Shown here piece by piece: positions 12,250-35,796 of a stretch of 64,000 nt of DNA (position 1 is its first letter; each line of letters opens with the position of its first letter). Source of the stretch: Eledone cirrhosa (lineage: Eukaryota); NCBI GenBank assembly GCA_964016885.1, contig OZ024742.1:260772001-260836000 (forward strand), written 5' to 3'. Below the pieces are notes generated by a model. That model saw nothing but the letters and a program-made list of their open reading frames with translations, was not told the DNA's origin and did no database searches. Position numbers and translations under genes: made by a program.

Positions 12250-14358
12250 ATGTATAAGAAAGCAGAAAACGAAAAAATTTAAGAATGTTTTGCAGCGTGC
12301 GGTGTTCAGGATCGCTAGACAGTGTGTCAGGGAAAATGTTGATGTCGGTGGGGAGAAGTGTGTCTGAAATGATTTTGGTGAACTTGCCCTCACTGATGCT
12401 GAAAAGAAGGTAGCATGGAAGTGCCACTATGAAAGATTACTGAATGAGGAGAATGCATGGGAATAAAAAAGTTTGTCTCATGTCGACCCAACAGATGGAA
12501 CGGCTGTACAAGTCAGCAGTAGTATAGTAAGTAAGACAATCAAGGATATGAAGTCAGGCAAGACAGCTGGAATGGTGGGCCACACCATAATCTCCCAAAT
12601 TGTCAACCAAGTAATACAAAATGGTATCATACCAAATGACTAGTGTAGCATCATCATCATAAACTGCTACAAGGGCAAAGGTGATGTTCTAGATAGAGAA
12701 AACTATTGAGGCATTAAGCTGGTTGACCAAGTTATTAAGGTTACAGAAATTAGGGAACGAGTTAACCTAAATGAGATGCAGTTTAGATTTGTACCAGGTA
12801 AAAGTACCATAGATGCCCTCTTCCTTGTAAGACAACTGCAGGAGAAGTATCTAGCTAAAGGTAAACCCCTCTACTTAGCTTTTGTGGAGCTGGAGAAAGC
12901 TTTTGACAGAATCTCCCATTCCATTATCTGGTGGGCTCTTAGAAAACTAGGAGTAAACGAGTGGCTTGTGAGGACAGTACAAGCCATGTATAGAGGAACA
13001 GCCAACAAGGTTAGAATTAACAATGACTAGAGCGAAGAATTTAGTATGAAGGTTGTTCATTAGGGCTCAGTTCTTAGACCTCTCCTGTTTATTATTGTCC
13101 TCCATGGGAACTCCTGTATGCAGATGATCTAACCCTTATAGCTGAATTAAAGATAAAATTCCAAACCTGGAAGCATGGCCTAGAATCAAATGGTCAACTT
13201 GGCATAGACTAAAGTTCTAGTAAGTAGAAAGGAAAACAGGGCCCAGATCTCCTCTGGGAAATGGCCCTGCTCTTGTGCAGAAAAAGAGTAAGTAGAAATT
13301 CCATCCAATGTACCAAATGCAAACTATGGGTACAATCTCAGGCAGGTTAACAAAGAACATAGGTTTTACATGTGGCCAGTGCACAGGGGCAGTAAGTAGC
13401 AAGAGCTCTCAGGATACAATCTCCTTCAAATGATCAGAGGGCTTGGTAGAAGTGGTAGATAATTTCTGTTACCTGGGTAACCAAATCAGCAGTGAAGGAG
13501 GGTGTTCCGAAAGTACAGTAGCCAGAGTGAGATCAGGTTGGAAAAAGTTCAAGGAGTTACTACTGCTGCTAACTAGAAAAGGTTTTTTTCTTCAAAATGA
13601 AAGGCAGACTGTATGATGCATGTTTGTGAACAACAATGTTGCATGGTAGTGTGACCTGGGCACTATGTGCAGAGGACCTGCGACTTTGGAAAGAAATGAA
13701 GCCTCTATGCTTTAATGTATGTGCAATAGTAATATATGTGAACAGCAAAGCATAAATGAACTGCGAGAGAAATTAGGCATTAAAAGGATCAGATGCAGTA
13801 TGCAAGAGAGGAGATTGCATTAGTATGGACATGTGTTGCATTTGATAGCTGTATAAAAAGATGCAGAGCGCTCAAAGTTGATGGAAGTCATGGAGTGAGC
13901 AGGCCTAGGAAAACTTGGGATGAGGTAATAAAAGCTGACTTTGCACAATTACACCTCTCTAAGGTGATGACACAGGACTCTAGTCTCTGGTGTTATGCAG
14001 CAATACAGAAAACCTGCTCTCCCACATGCATGAGCTAAGGCATATATCTAGTATGCACCACCTTCCCTACCATCATCCCTCCCATACACCTCTCTTGCTG
14101 TAATCATCCACCCTATACCTACCTCCCCAATGCCTCTGGCATCTTTACCACCCCCAACCCACACCATAAAGTTGTTCCTTTGGAGCCACGACAAAAAGTC
14201 TCCATTCCACACTGTGGTCATGTAGGTGTCACGCCAAAAGCAGTTCTGTATGAGCAAGGCATGGTCACCTGACTTGACATTTCTCACAACAGGGCAACTC
14301 GTCTAACCCATGCTGGTATGGAAAAATAGACATTAAATGGTGATGATGATGATGATGT
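12250..14358 (+). mobile_element. 5'-truncated, degenerate RTE LINE
   Basis: [32 protein letters not shown] and YADDL remnants with stops and frameshifts; (GAT)n tail. Confidence 0.88.
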
Positions 14359-15796
14359 TATATAAGTGCTCTTACACACTCACATACAAAGAAACAATAG
14401 AAAAAAGTAATATATATACACATGCTCCACCTCTCCAACAACATATCCACACACTAACAGTTTACTTTTTACACCCATATGACCCTCTTTTAACCCCATC
14501 AATAGCACTAACAGACCTACCACTCTCTTCTAACACCACTAACCCTTGTCCACCTCCACAGTTATTTACCTTTGCTCTCTATCACCAATACAGACATACT
14601 CAACTCTCCCAGCTACCAACAACCTCTACTACCATCTTTGCCTCTGCGCCACCACCACTCCCTCCCCTCTCCGTTCTGATCACAAGACCTCTGGACATCA
14701 TACAACATCTTTCTCTACAACATTTCTCTGGACCAGATTAAACATAGATATTCCAACACACAGACATATACACACACACCGAAACATGTCCATACACACA
14801 TTCACCCTCATATACATGCACACAAAATCTTTCCACAACTGACAATACACATGTGGATACACACAGACATATCCAAACATAGAATACACATGCACACAAA
14901 AATCTTCCCTCTACAGATAATACAAAACCACCAATACATGTGTAGATACATCCACATGAGAAAATACAGACACACACACACACACAATCGTTCACACTCA
15001 GATACATAGACACAACAGAAAAAGCCCCATTTGCACACTCACACACCAGTGTGCATATACCAACAATATAAGACTCTGAGACAGCCACTGATTCACACAC
15101 ACACACACACACAAACTGAAGCAATGCACACCTACCAATTTCATCCCTTCAGCACACACACAACCACAGTCATGACACACCTGGACCCTCGACTTCTTCC
15201 CCCACGCACAGACCTCTTGCCTAACACACCCAACCTATCAATCTCCTAACACCCTTTTCCTAACTTTCACACTAGTTTCATGTACCTACCTATTCTCTCC
15301 TTGTCTTACATGATGAAAGACTTCCATCTGAAACAGAACCTTCCTCCACTTCCTCCAAGCATGAACCTAATACGACTTTGTATTTTTGCATCCCTGTGTT
15401 TGTTTTGCTTTATTTAGCTACTATATATTAGCGTCTGAAATGTTAAGACCCTCTTCTTGCTATATCAAGCGTTAACCTAATATATCCCTTCCATATACTG
15501 TACCGATTGTGTTGTTATTTCTGTTTACCTTTTACATATATATATATATATAACAACGCCGTACGCTAAAACTATCCATAATAAGAAGTATTCACAACCT
15601 CTAACTGGATTACCTATAACGATATTTTGTTATCCCTTATATATATATATAAAGTTTCACTTTAGTGTTTATATTGATTAACCACCAGCTATCTTGCTAA
15701 CACCTCTGGTAACCCACAAGATTACTGAAATTATTGAATAAATCAATCTCTCTTTCTCTCTGTCTTTCAAGTATATATAGCAATGGTGTATATATA

Positions 15797-20298
<4,502 letters not shown>

Positions 20299-20421
20299 GA
20301 GTAAATCAGACAAAGTTGGAATTCCTCTTATTAATATAATCTTCTATACACAATCATACACACCCGTGTATATTTACCTATCTATATCTCTATATATATA
20401 TTCCTATTGTGTATATGCCAA

Positions 20422-21445
20422 CATGTCTGGAAAGCAACAAATGAAACCAACAGAATCAGAAAGAATTCTAAAGGAGATATCATCGAAATTATCAACACTT
20501 ATCACGATGATGGACACACAATCCTCTATTTTAAAGGAAATAGAAAAACAATCTACAGACGGAAAACTTATAACTGAACATATAAACTCTGAAATTAAGA
20601 ATTTAGCTGAAATTATACCAACAGTTATCAAAGATACAAGAGAAATCCTACCACAACCCCCTTGGATGTCAGAAATAAACGAAAGAAATTTGGAAAACAA
20701 AACACATCGAATAAGAAAAGAAATGTGGAAGACAGGGAAAAAATTCCTTAACATAAGAAAACAAAATTTCTGGAAAGCATACAGATGCGAAAAATATGTC
20801 GAAACACATTCGAAATGGCTCTCTCTAACGGCACCCATACTCCCTCGTAAATACCTAATTACAGAAATTGCAGGAGAACCAGAAGAAGAAACAAAACTCC
20901 GATGGGAACTTACATTGACAAAATTCAGGACCGACATCTCCATTTCTGAATGTAAACAATCCCGCTACAAAGCCAAATATGAAGCTATTGATGACCAAAT
21001 TGAAGTTGAAATTTCAAAGCTAACGACTGGTATTATAGCTGAAAAACTACGAGAACTATGGATCGGAGATATCTCAAAAGAAGAAAACAAATCAAGAAAG
21101 GTATGGCAGCAGAAACAATTATTTCTCGATGAATATGCTGCAAATTACGGTAAAGACTCTGGAACCCTGAGAAAAAGCATTAAAAGTGGACAATCTCATC
21201 AACACAACATACGCCAGAACACGTGCCAACACAAACACTCACCTTACCTTGAATCAAAGAAGAACTACGGTAATAACTCTTCGCTTTTTCTACAAAAACA
21301 CCTTATCGCACACAACATGAACAAAAAGCACAAACACGATAGGTATTCCTTTGACCAGACCATGAGAAGTAGTAAAACCAGGAGATCATTCTCAAGATCT
21401 CAACAGAGACTACCAACAAGGAATGTGGAAAAAAACGTAGAATAA
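20422..21445 (+). pseudogene. PLE N-terminal region (coiled-coil/basic), function unknown
   Basis: Long open frame upstream of the RT inside the terminally redundant unit; no motif recognised. Confidence 0.5.
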
Positions 21446-21769
21446 CCAGATCACTCTCAAGATCTCAACAGAGATTGCCCACAAGAAACTGGACGAAAAA
21501 ACGATCTAAACCTGAAAGCAAACCTAGGTCATTTTCCCAGATTGTTAAAAATAATGCTAACAGGAAGAAAAATAATATACAGAATACCAAAAATAGGACA
21601 AAATACATAACGAAACCAAATATAATATCACGACCAAAAGTTCATCAAGCGAACACCAACAGGAATATAAATCCTGAACAGAGAAAAATTCATTTTTTAA
21701 CGTCAGGACAACAAAAACCGGAAAAAGAAAAACTCCAGGAGGAAACATACCCAAAACAGCTGTACACGT

Positions 21770-24003
21770 AGATCCTAAAATAATTAATTTATCTAAAAGA
21801 GATCTTGACAATGATGAAATGCAAATTCTGTCAAAAGGACTGAAATTCACACCGACTCCAACAGTCAACCACCAAGAACTGAAGGAGGATACCCAAGAAT
21901 TCTGTCGAAAATTACGTCTTGTAGAATTCTTCGCTGATAAAAATAATGAGAGTGATGAATCACTAGTAAAGAATAAATCAAATTTCACTCCGCCAAAAAT
22001 CTCGACCAATACATTGACATCCTGTCTAAATTTCCTCTTAGACATAATACTAATGTTAGGCCAAACATTAACAAATCAGAAATGTCTGCACTTAAACGTA
22101 TACAAAATGATAAAACAATAATAATTAAACAAGCAGATAAAGGGGGTGCAGTTGTTATAATGGATACTGAATACTACAAGGATTTGGTTGAGGAACAACT
22201 GAAAGACACAACATTCTATCATGAAATACCGTCAAATATAGACCACAACATCATGAAGAAGATCAACAACCTGGCTTCAAAATACCACAACTCATTTACT
22301 GATAAGGAAAGAGACTACATCACCAATTTTGAGCCGAAACCCAGCAACCTGTATGGCCTACCGAAAGTTCACAAGTCAAAAGAAATACAACTGGCAGTAA
22401 GAGAACAAAACAGTGAGTACATTAAATTATTACACCCAAAAGACTTAAAACTTAGACCTATTATAGCTGGTCCAACATGCCCCACTCACCGTCTAAGCAA
22501 TTTTGTTGACATTATTTTGAAACCACTATGTATTCACATACCCAGTTTCATCCGGGATGATATCGACTTCCTGTCCCATCTTCCCAAAACCACGGAAACG
22601 AATTCACTTCTACTCAGTTTTGATGTGGTAAGCCTTTACACCAACATTACACATGATCTAGGAATAAAGGCGGTTAAATACTGGGTGGAAAAACATAGAG
22701 AAGTGATTCCCATTAGATTCACAGCGCCATTTATATTAGACGCAGTTAAACTTATTCTGGAAAACAACACTTTCTTCTTCAATGGAAAGAATTACATCCA
22801 AATTAGAGGCACAGCGATGGGAACGAAGTTTGCTCCCGTTTACGCGAACTCTGTAATGGGATACTTAGAACAACAACTCTACCAAGAAATAGAGGAAAAA
22901 TATAGTACTGACTTTAGAAAGTACATTGAAAAATCTTGGAAGAGATACCTTGACGACTGTTTCATCATCTGGACAGAATCTTTAGATACTCTGGATGAGT
23001 TCAATATCCTCCTGAATAACCTACACCCATCTCTCCAATTCACAAAAGAGATGAGTAGGACCAAATTACCATTCCTAGATATAATGATAATCAAAAACGA
23101 CACCACCATTACCACGGATATATATTATAAACTCACAGACACCCATCAATATCTGAATTTTAAGTCGTGCCATCCACCTCATACAAAACGCAACATCCCA
23201 TACTGCCTAGCCAGAAGAATTTGTACCATTGTAGAAGATACGAATACCAGGTACAAACGCCTAACAGAACTAAGAGAATTTTTGCTCAAACAAAAATACC
23301 CATCTCTACTTATAGAAAATGGATAGAAAATGGCATACAGCGGGCTATAAAAATACCTATACAACAACTTAGAACAACCCAAAGAAGAAGAAACCAAGAA
23401 CTGGTCATACCATTTATAATGACACACAACCCATGTCACCAGAATATCTTCAACACTGCCAAAGCAAACCTACCGATCATTGCTCAAAGTAATGAATAAA
23501 AAGGCTTAATCACAGATCGATCTTTGACTCTTAGTAAAAGACAGCCAAAAAATTTGAAGCAATTGCTAACAAAAGCAAAGTTTGACCTTAACAACAAAGA
23601 CCAATCATTCACTGTATCTAAATGCAATGATAATCGATGCGGCACATGTCAATCCATACACGCCGGTCAATATATGAAAACAAAAACTGGAAAAATATTC
23701 ACAAATGCAAATATGAACTGCAAAAGCAGAAATCTAATTTACTGCATTAAATGCCCGAATTGTGAAGAACTATATGTCGGTCAAACTGGAAATGCACTAT
23801 CGGAACGTGCACGGGTACACCGTCAACAAATCAGAGACCCAAATGTCCGTCAGATACCCCTAAGCGGCCACCTGGCAACATGTGGTCAGGGAATATTTAT
23901 AATATTCCCATTCTACAAATTACACAGCCCAAATGAAATCAAGAGAAAAATCAAAGAAAAGAATTTTATTGATAAATTCAAACCCAAGCTAAATGAACAA
24001 TAA
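21770..24003 (+). pseudogene. PLE reverse transcriptase plus GIY-YIG endonuclease, disrupted
   Basis: LSKGLKFTP, ADKGGAVV, YGLPKVHK, LRPII, FDVVSLYTNI, GTAMG, RYLDD, LPFLD; linker CNDNRCGTC; LIY..YVGQT. Frameshifts include an 11-bp duplication ATAGAAAATGG at ~23312-23333, and there is a stop at 23499. Confidence 0.92.
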
Positions 24004-24169
24004 TAACGCCTAGGGGTATTACTTCTACTACCACTATGACCACGACCACTAACAACAACAACAACAACAATAATAATAATAATAAAAGTGATGTTGATGG
24101 TGATGATTAATAGAAAATGCTATTTTCATCATTTCAAAAAAGCAAAACAATTGATACGTTGGATATGAC

Positions 24170-24315
24170 TATTGGTCGTTAGCATGCTCAACCAGCCGTG
24201 ACGCTTAAACCAATCAGCTGTAGTAATTCAGTGAAACTACACACTGATTGGTCGAAATACAGTTTACAGGGCTTTGCATTCTGGAGCCACTTTTCTCTGT
24301 ATAAAATGTATAAAA
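24170..24315 (+). promoter_or_regulatory. Putative pLTR Pol II promoter (CCAAT boxes plus TATA)
   Basis: ATTGG, CCAATCAG and CTGATTGG followed by TATAAAA twice, ~70 nt upstream of the hammerhead. Confidence 0.45.
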
Positions 24316-24378
24316 GGTAGGAAATTTACCCATCTCATTACAGTTGAAAATTGCAAACTCGACTGTCACCACATATCA

Positions 24379-24417
24379 TGAACCTGAAGATTGCGAAAGC
24401 ATGAAAGTACTTGTTCA
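24379..24417 (+). ncRNA. Minimal type I hammerhead ribozyme of PLE family 1
   Basis: TGAAC-CTGAAGA-T TGC GAAA GCA T-GAAA-GTAC-TT-GTTCA. Stem I is TGAAC/GTTCA and stem III is the palindrome AGTACT. Confidence 0.8.
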
Positions 24418-24538
24418 ATTAACACTTAGAATTTAATATTCTATCATACTATTTCATTATAATACCATTATATATATTTTAAAGGATTGTAAATAAAACG
24501 AGTAAATCAGACAAAGTTGGAATTCCTCTTATTAATAT

Positions 24539-25943
<1,405 letters not shown>

Positions 25944-27218
25944 TGTGTTCTAGGGAAGCGTTTGTCAAGAGCATTAAAAAATAGTTTAGCGATGTGGGTT
26001 TTAATGTTTAGTGAGAAAGGGGGGGCAAACCATATTATATTTCTAGTTCTATTTCTTTTCTGGTTTTTGAAATTATTGTAGTGCTTTCTATTATCTATAT
26101 ATATAAAACTGTGGTTGTCTGTCTGTCTATCGATTTTTGGCACACATCTCCTCTTAGAATCTCTCACGGAATTGCACCGAAATTGCTATACTTGTACATT
26201 GAGCCCTAGCAAAGACATCGGAAAAAAAAAATTTCAAATTGACCCACCCTATGTGACGAAATCGAATATAATCTATCGATTTTTGAGCGTAAGTGATCAG
26301 CTATTTCCCTTTGTTCTGTTTACATTGAGCGTCTTACGTAAAAAATTACGCAGTTGTCGAGCCAGCAAAATATTGACCTGCAAAATTCATCAGTTTGAAC
26401 ACTAGGCTTCCGTTTTGCTTCATTTCCATTTAAAAGCATTTTAAAACAATATTTTTACTTGAAAACAAGTCTATTTAAAGACTACGTAAAACAAGCAAAT
26501 ATTTCGTCGTTAGGCGTGCAGACAGACAGTCGTGCAGAGAGGTGATATACGCGTGCAGACAGATAGTCGTGCAGAGAGGTGATATAGGCGTGCAGACAGA
26601 CAGTCGTGCAGAGAGGTGATATAGGCGTGCAGACAGATAGTCGTGCAGAGAGGTGATATAGGCGTGCAGACAGACATAACTGATAATTTGGTTACGCTAA
26701 TGTTTTTCTCTGCGTTGCAGTGTTTACATTTTCGATCTTTGTTAATAAATAACCAGTGCAGTTTCTATCCCCAGCATCCTCTTTTGTTATAACATTCGGG
26801 TTATCGTTATGTTTTCTTAACTTCATAAGGCATATTGTTGGTTGAGGGAATATTAATCAAAAACACCACATGCAAGTCTGCACAGTAGACACTACAGTTT
26901 TTAAGCCAAGAAAGAAACTTAACATTGTAACTTTAACACAGCTACTGAGCGACCCCGAGCAACGCCGGGCTTTACTGCTAGTAGTTGTTAAAGTTGTTAC
27001 TGTAATTAAAATTGTTGTTATTTTGGTTAGTTTGTCTATTATCGATGTACATAATTTTATCACTATATCCTGCTCTAGCTAAAGCTTCATTATAATACTG
27101 GGCTTTTTCGTCAAAAATATTTTTATTGGAAGAGATTCTAGAGATACGTTTTTGAACAGAGTTCACTATAGTATTTTTGACAGATCTGGGGTGATTGGAG
27201 CTAAAATTGACATAATTT
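25944..27218 (-). mobile_element. PLE family 2 ORF fragment (older copy), split by a Helitron
   Basis: NSVQKRISRISSNKNIFDEKAQYYNEAL and [20 protein letters not shown], homologous to 30580-30975. Confidence 0.85.
26094..26981 (+). mobile_element. Non-autonomous Helitron
   Basis: A|TC start and CCCGAGCAACGCCGGG hairpin plus CTAG|T end. The empty site CTATTA|TAGTTG is visible in the paralog at ~30728-30740. No TSD. Internal 37-bp tandem repeat at 26512-26675. Confidence 0.9.
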
Positions 27219-27219
27219 C

Positions 27220-28541
27220 CGCATGAATATATAATTAATGAGATTAAATAAACTACCCTATAATTGGCGTTGTCCCCAATCTTTTGAATAAATTTTTAAG
27301 CTGGATAAACTTCTATAATAAATATAAGAGCATTTGTAGAATAAGTTTTGAATGATTTCTGCTAAATAAGGCTTGATAAGCAATTTTGGTTTTGTTTGCT
27401 TTTGACTCTGATTCTATGACCGATATGCGTGGCATACTATGTTCTCTTGCGTCCCTAGATACTCTGTGGAGTGATGAAGATATTCTTGGCGTTTTTAATT
27501 TTAATATTGATATCTGTTGTCTACTCTATGCTTGATCGATGATCATGCAAGTGAGGCTGGAATGTTATTTTAGATGTTAATGTATATCTTATATGTTTTG
27601 TGTCTATATATATGTATATATGTATGTAAATGTATGTAGGGTGGAATTTTTTCTAACGCATTGAAGTTTTTCATGAAGTATAAGAATCAGTGCAGCGTAT
27701 CACGTAGGTTCACATGTGCGTCTATATTTATCAACTTGAATTTGAGATAACCTTCTCTTTTCTTTTTTCACGAGAATGCATATATACTTATGTTTGAAGT
27801 TTTATCTCAGATTTTGCTTATAGACCTAAGAATTTTTAACTGAGCATGTGGTCATTTTTTTTCACACACTATGGATATGTGTCTCATTCATGAATACTGA
27901 TATTTACATTATAATACCTAATTCATAAAAATTGATAATTCAAATGGATGAGACATGATATATTTTTAATATATTTTAAATATATCATCTCTCTTTCTTT
28001 TTCTCCTATACACTAATTTAACTGTATCCCTTCCCTTAACCTCTCACATATACGATGATCATCTGTCAAAAAGCAGCCTACTATGTGTTTTTTTCTTCAC
28101 ACATTATGGACATGTGTCTCTCTCCTTGTATCTCTGTCTCGCTCCGTTGTTTTTCTTTGCATACATCTCTTCATCTTCTTCTTTTTTTATTTGCATACAT
28201 CTCTTCATCTTCTTCTTCTCATCTTCGTTTTCTTTCTATATAACTATCATAACAGTTTCACTACCAAATCAACTTTTTAAAAGGAAGTTGCATTATTATA
28301 AGGTATGTCAATAATTATTTATAAAACAGCTTATGTATTGTATTTTGTCTGAGGAAGGCATAACATTTTTAATATGATATCCCAGAAATATATATAACGA
28401 AATAAATATGGTTTTATAAATATAAATATAGTTTCCATTTGTTTAATATCGTAAACCTACTCCAGAAACTGTTGAGTGCTTTTATATCAGTTATAAAATA
28501 TTTACTCGTTGTAACCCAACAATCTTAAATAAGACTTTTGC
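27220..28541 (+). mobile_element. PLE family 2 3' UTR/pLTR (older, diverged copy)
   Basis: Colinear similarity to 32120-33547, including the hammerhead and the end CTCGTTGTAACCCAACAAT; runs into (TA)n. Confidence 0.75.
28341..28404 (+). ncRNA. Hammerhead ribozyme, PLE family 2 (older copy)
   Basis: TATTTTGT-CTGAGGA-stem II-GAAA-TATATA-TA-ACGAAATA. Confidence 0.65.
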
Positions 28542-28562
28542 ATATATATATATATATATATA

Positions 28563-31052
28563 TACGATATTAAATAAATGGAAACTATATTTATAAAACC
28601 ATATTTATTTCATTATATATATTTCAGGGATATCATATTAACAATATGCTATGCCTTCCTCAGACAAAATACAATATAAACAGTTTTATATATAAATAGA
28701 TTTGACATACCGTACAACATCGACTTGTATTTGAAAAGTTGAATTGGCAGTGAAAAAATTGTACACAGAGAGAAAGAAAGAGAGAAAAAGGAAAGAAAAG
28801 ACAGAAAACGAAGAAAAAGAAGAAAAAGAAGAAATGCATGGAACAAAATAGAGAGATGGAAAGATAGATAAAGAGAAGAACTTCATGTAAAGAAACAGAG
28901 AGAGATATATATATATAGAGAGAGAGGAAGATATATATATAGAAAACTATGTAGTGGGATATCCGTTGAGTAAACGTATCAATGATACATTTATTTATTT
29001 ATTTATTTATTTATTTAGCTCTAGTATTAATGTAAGGGAGATATATGTGGTTAGGAGAGAAACCAGCTGTTATATAGAGAGAAAAATTAAAAATAACCAG
29101 ACATAGGCGAGGCATAAAAACCCTATGTTTTAATGTAGAGGTATTAGTATGTATAAAAACCAGCCACTATATTGTAAATATCAGTATTCCTGAATGAGAC
29201 ATGTATCCATAATGTGTGAAAAGTAATGATCTTATGTTTAGTTTTTTAAAAAAATTCATATGTTTATGTGATAACTACAAACATCTATGTGAATTCACAT
29301 GATCAACTCTGCAAACCCTAAGTTCACGGAAAACATTCTCATTGTGCTATAAAAATTTAAGTATACATATATGTGTATATATATACACACATATATATAT
29401 TACTACTATTCTTGTCTTTACTCTACAAGATTATCTATCAAGCAGAAATAGAGAGCAGATTTCAATATATTAATAAAAAAATATATATCAGAAACAAAAA
29501 CCAAAAATATAACAACAATAATAATAATAATAAATATAATAATAATAATAAATAATAATAAAATAGAAAACTAAAAAATATATTACGAAAGAATATTACA
29601 TATTAAAAATATTACATATTAAAAATAAAAATATTAGAAAATACTACAATAATAAAAGTAAACCACAAAGATCAACCCTTCAAAATTAATTGACAATATA
29701 TTGCCAAGTTCATTATAAGCATCAGAGTCGAAAAACAGATAAAGCTAAAAATTATTTATCAAATCGCATCTAGCAAAAATCATTTCAAAAAGTTTAGGAT
29801 GCCCATTTGGTCTACATGTGTTCTTATATTTAATATAGAAGTTTATCTAGTGTAACGTTTATTCGAAATATTTGGAGCATCAACTTTTAGGGTAGCTTAA
29901 TTTTTCATGAAGAATGTTTAAATAAAAATAAAAATAAAAAGAATAAAAAGAAGAAATCGAAAGATTTATCGGCTAGTTTCCCATATAATTATAAATCAAA
30001 CTAAATATACTACATTTTAAATTTAAATTTATATTTAAAAGTTGAGTTTAATCTATGTTTGCAGCAACTGAATAAATTTGTCCGTAGATTAAGGGAATTT
30101 TTAGATTTTAGTATAAAGAATATCTCCTCTGCGCAGAGGTCACATGTCTCAGAGGATGAATTAAAAGGAATCCCTCTTGAGACTATATTCCAAGCCGTCG
30201 AATATCTAACGTTATCTAGCTTAAGTTGCCAGAGTACGCCTGATAGTGCCGTTGAAGATTTTTTGCTTGGATCTGTGAAAGAATTCTTGTGGTTATTATA
30301 GCGAAGTTTAAATTCCGTCGATGTGGAACCGACGTAGTTAAAAGAATTAGAGTCAGTTTTAACATTACAATTGTATACTATATTTTTAACTAAGCAGTTG
30401 TTATTTAATGGACATTTAGATCTATCTCTACAGTTACATTTGTTAACTTGTATATTATTTATGCTATTATCACTAGGTTTTAAGTTCCTATTATTTATTC
30501 TATTAATATTTTGTGCTAAATTTTTGGTGGATGAGTAGGTTAATTTTATAGTATGTCTATTGAAAATTGAGTGATACCTATGTGTTCTAGGGAAGCGATT
30601 ATCAAGAGCTTTAAAAAATAGTTTAGCGATGTGGGTTTTAATGTTTAGTGAGAAGGGGGGGGGGGGCAAACCAAATTATGTTCCTAGTTCTATTTCTTTT
30701 TTGGCCTTTGGAATTATTGTAATGCTTTCTATTATAGTTGTTAAGGTTGTTGCCGTAATTAAAATAGTTGTTATTTTGTTTAGTTTGTCTATCATTATCT
30801 ATGTACATAATCTTATCAGTATATCCTGCTCTAGCTAACGCTTCATTGTAGTATTGGGCTTTTTCGTCGAAAATCTTTCTATTCGACGAGATCCTAGAGA
30901 TACGTTTTTGAACAGAGTTTACTATAGTGTTTTTGACAGATCTGGGGTGGTTAGAGTTAAAGTTGACATAGTTTAAGTTTTCATTCAACTTGTGAAAAGG
31001 ATAGTGAAGACATGTGTTGAGATTTAATGTTATATCTAGGAAATTGACTATT
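28563..31052 (-). mobile_element. PLE family 2 5'-truncated copy (left arm of palindrome)
   Basis: Minus-strand NFLDITL (RT end), NHP, WFAPP, CNCR..CPL, IVY..YVG (GIY-YIG), CDLC, then a long AT-rich 3' UTR. Confidence 0.9.
28606..28671 (-). ncRNA. Hammerhead ribozyme, PLE family 2 (left arm)
   Basis: Reverse complement of 33352-33417. Confidence 0.7.

Positions 31053-35796
<4,744 letters not shown>

Larger units (their letters stand above)
20299..24538 (+). mobile_element. Penelope-like element, family 1 (Neptune-like), unit length with 39-bp terminal redundancy
   Basis: N-terminal region, RT and GIY-YIG in order. Identical GAGTAAATCAGACAAAGTTGGAATTCCTCTTATTAATAT at 20299-20337 and 24500-24538. 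Flanked by (TA)n. Confidence 0.92.
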
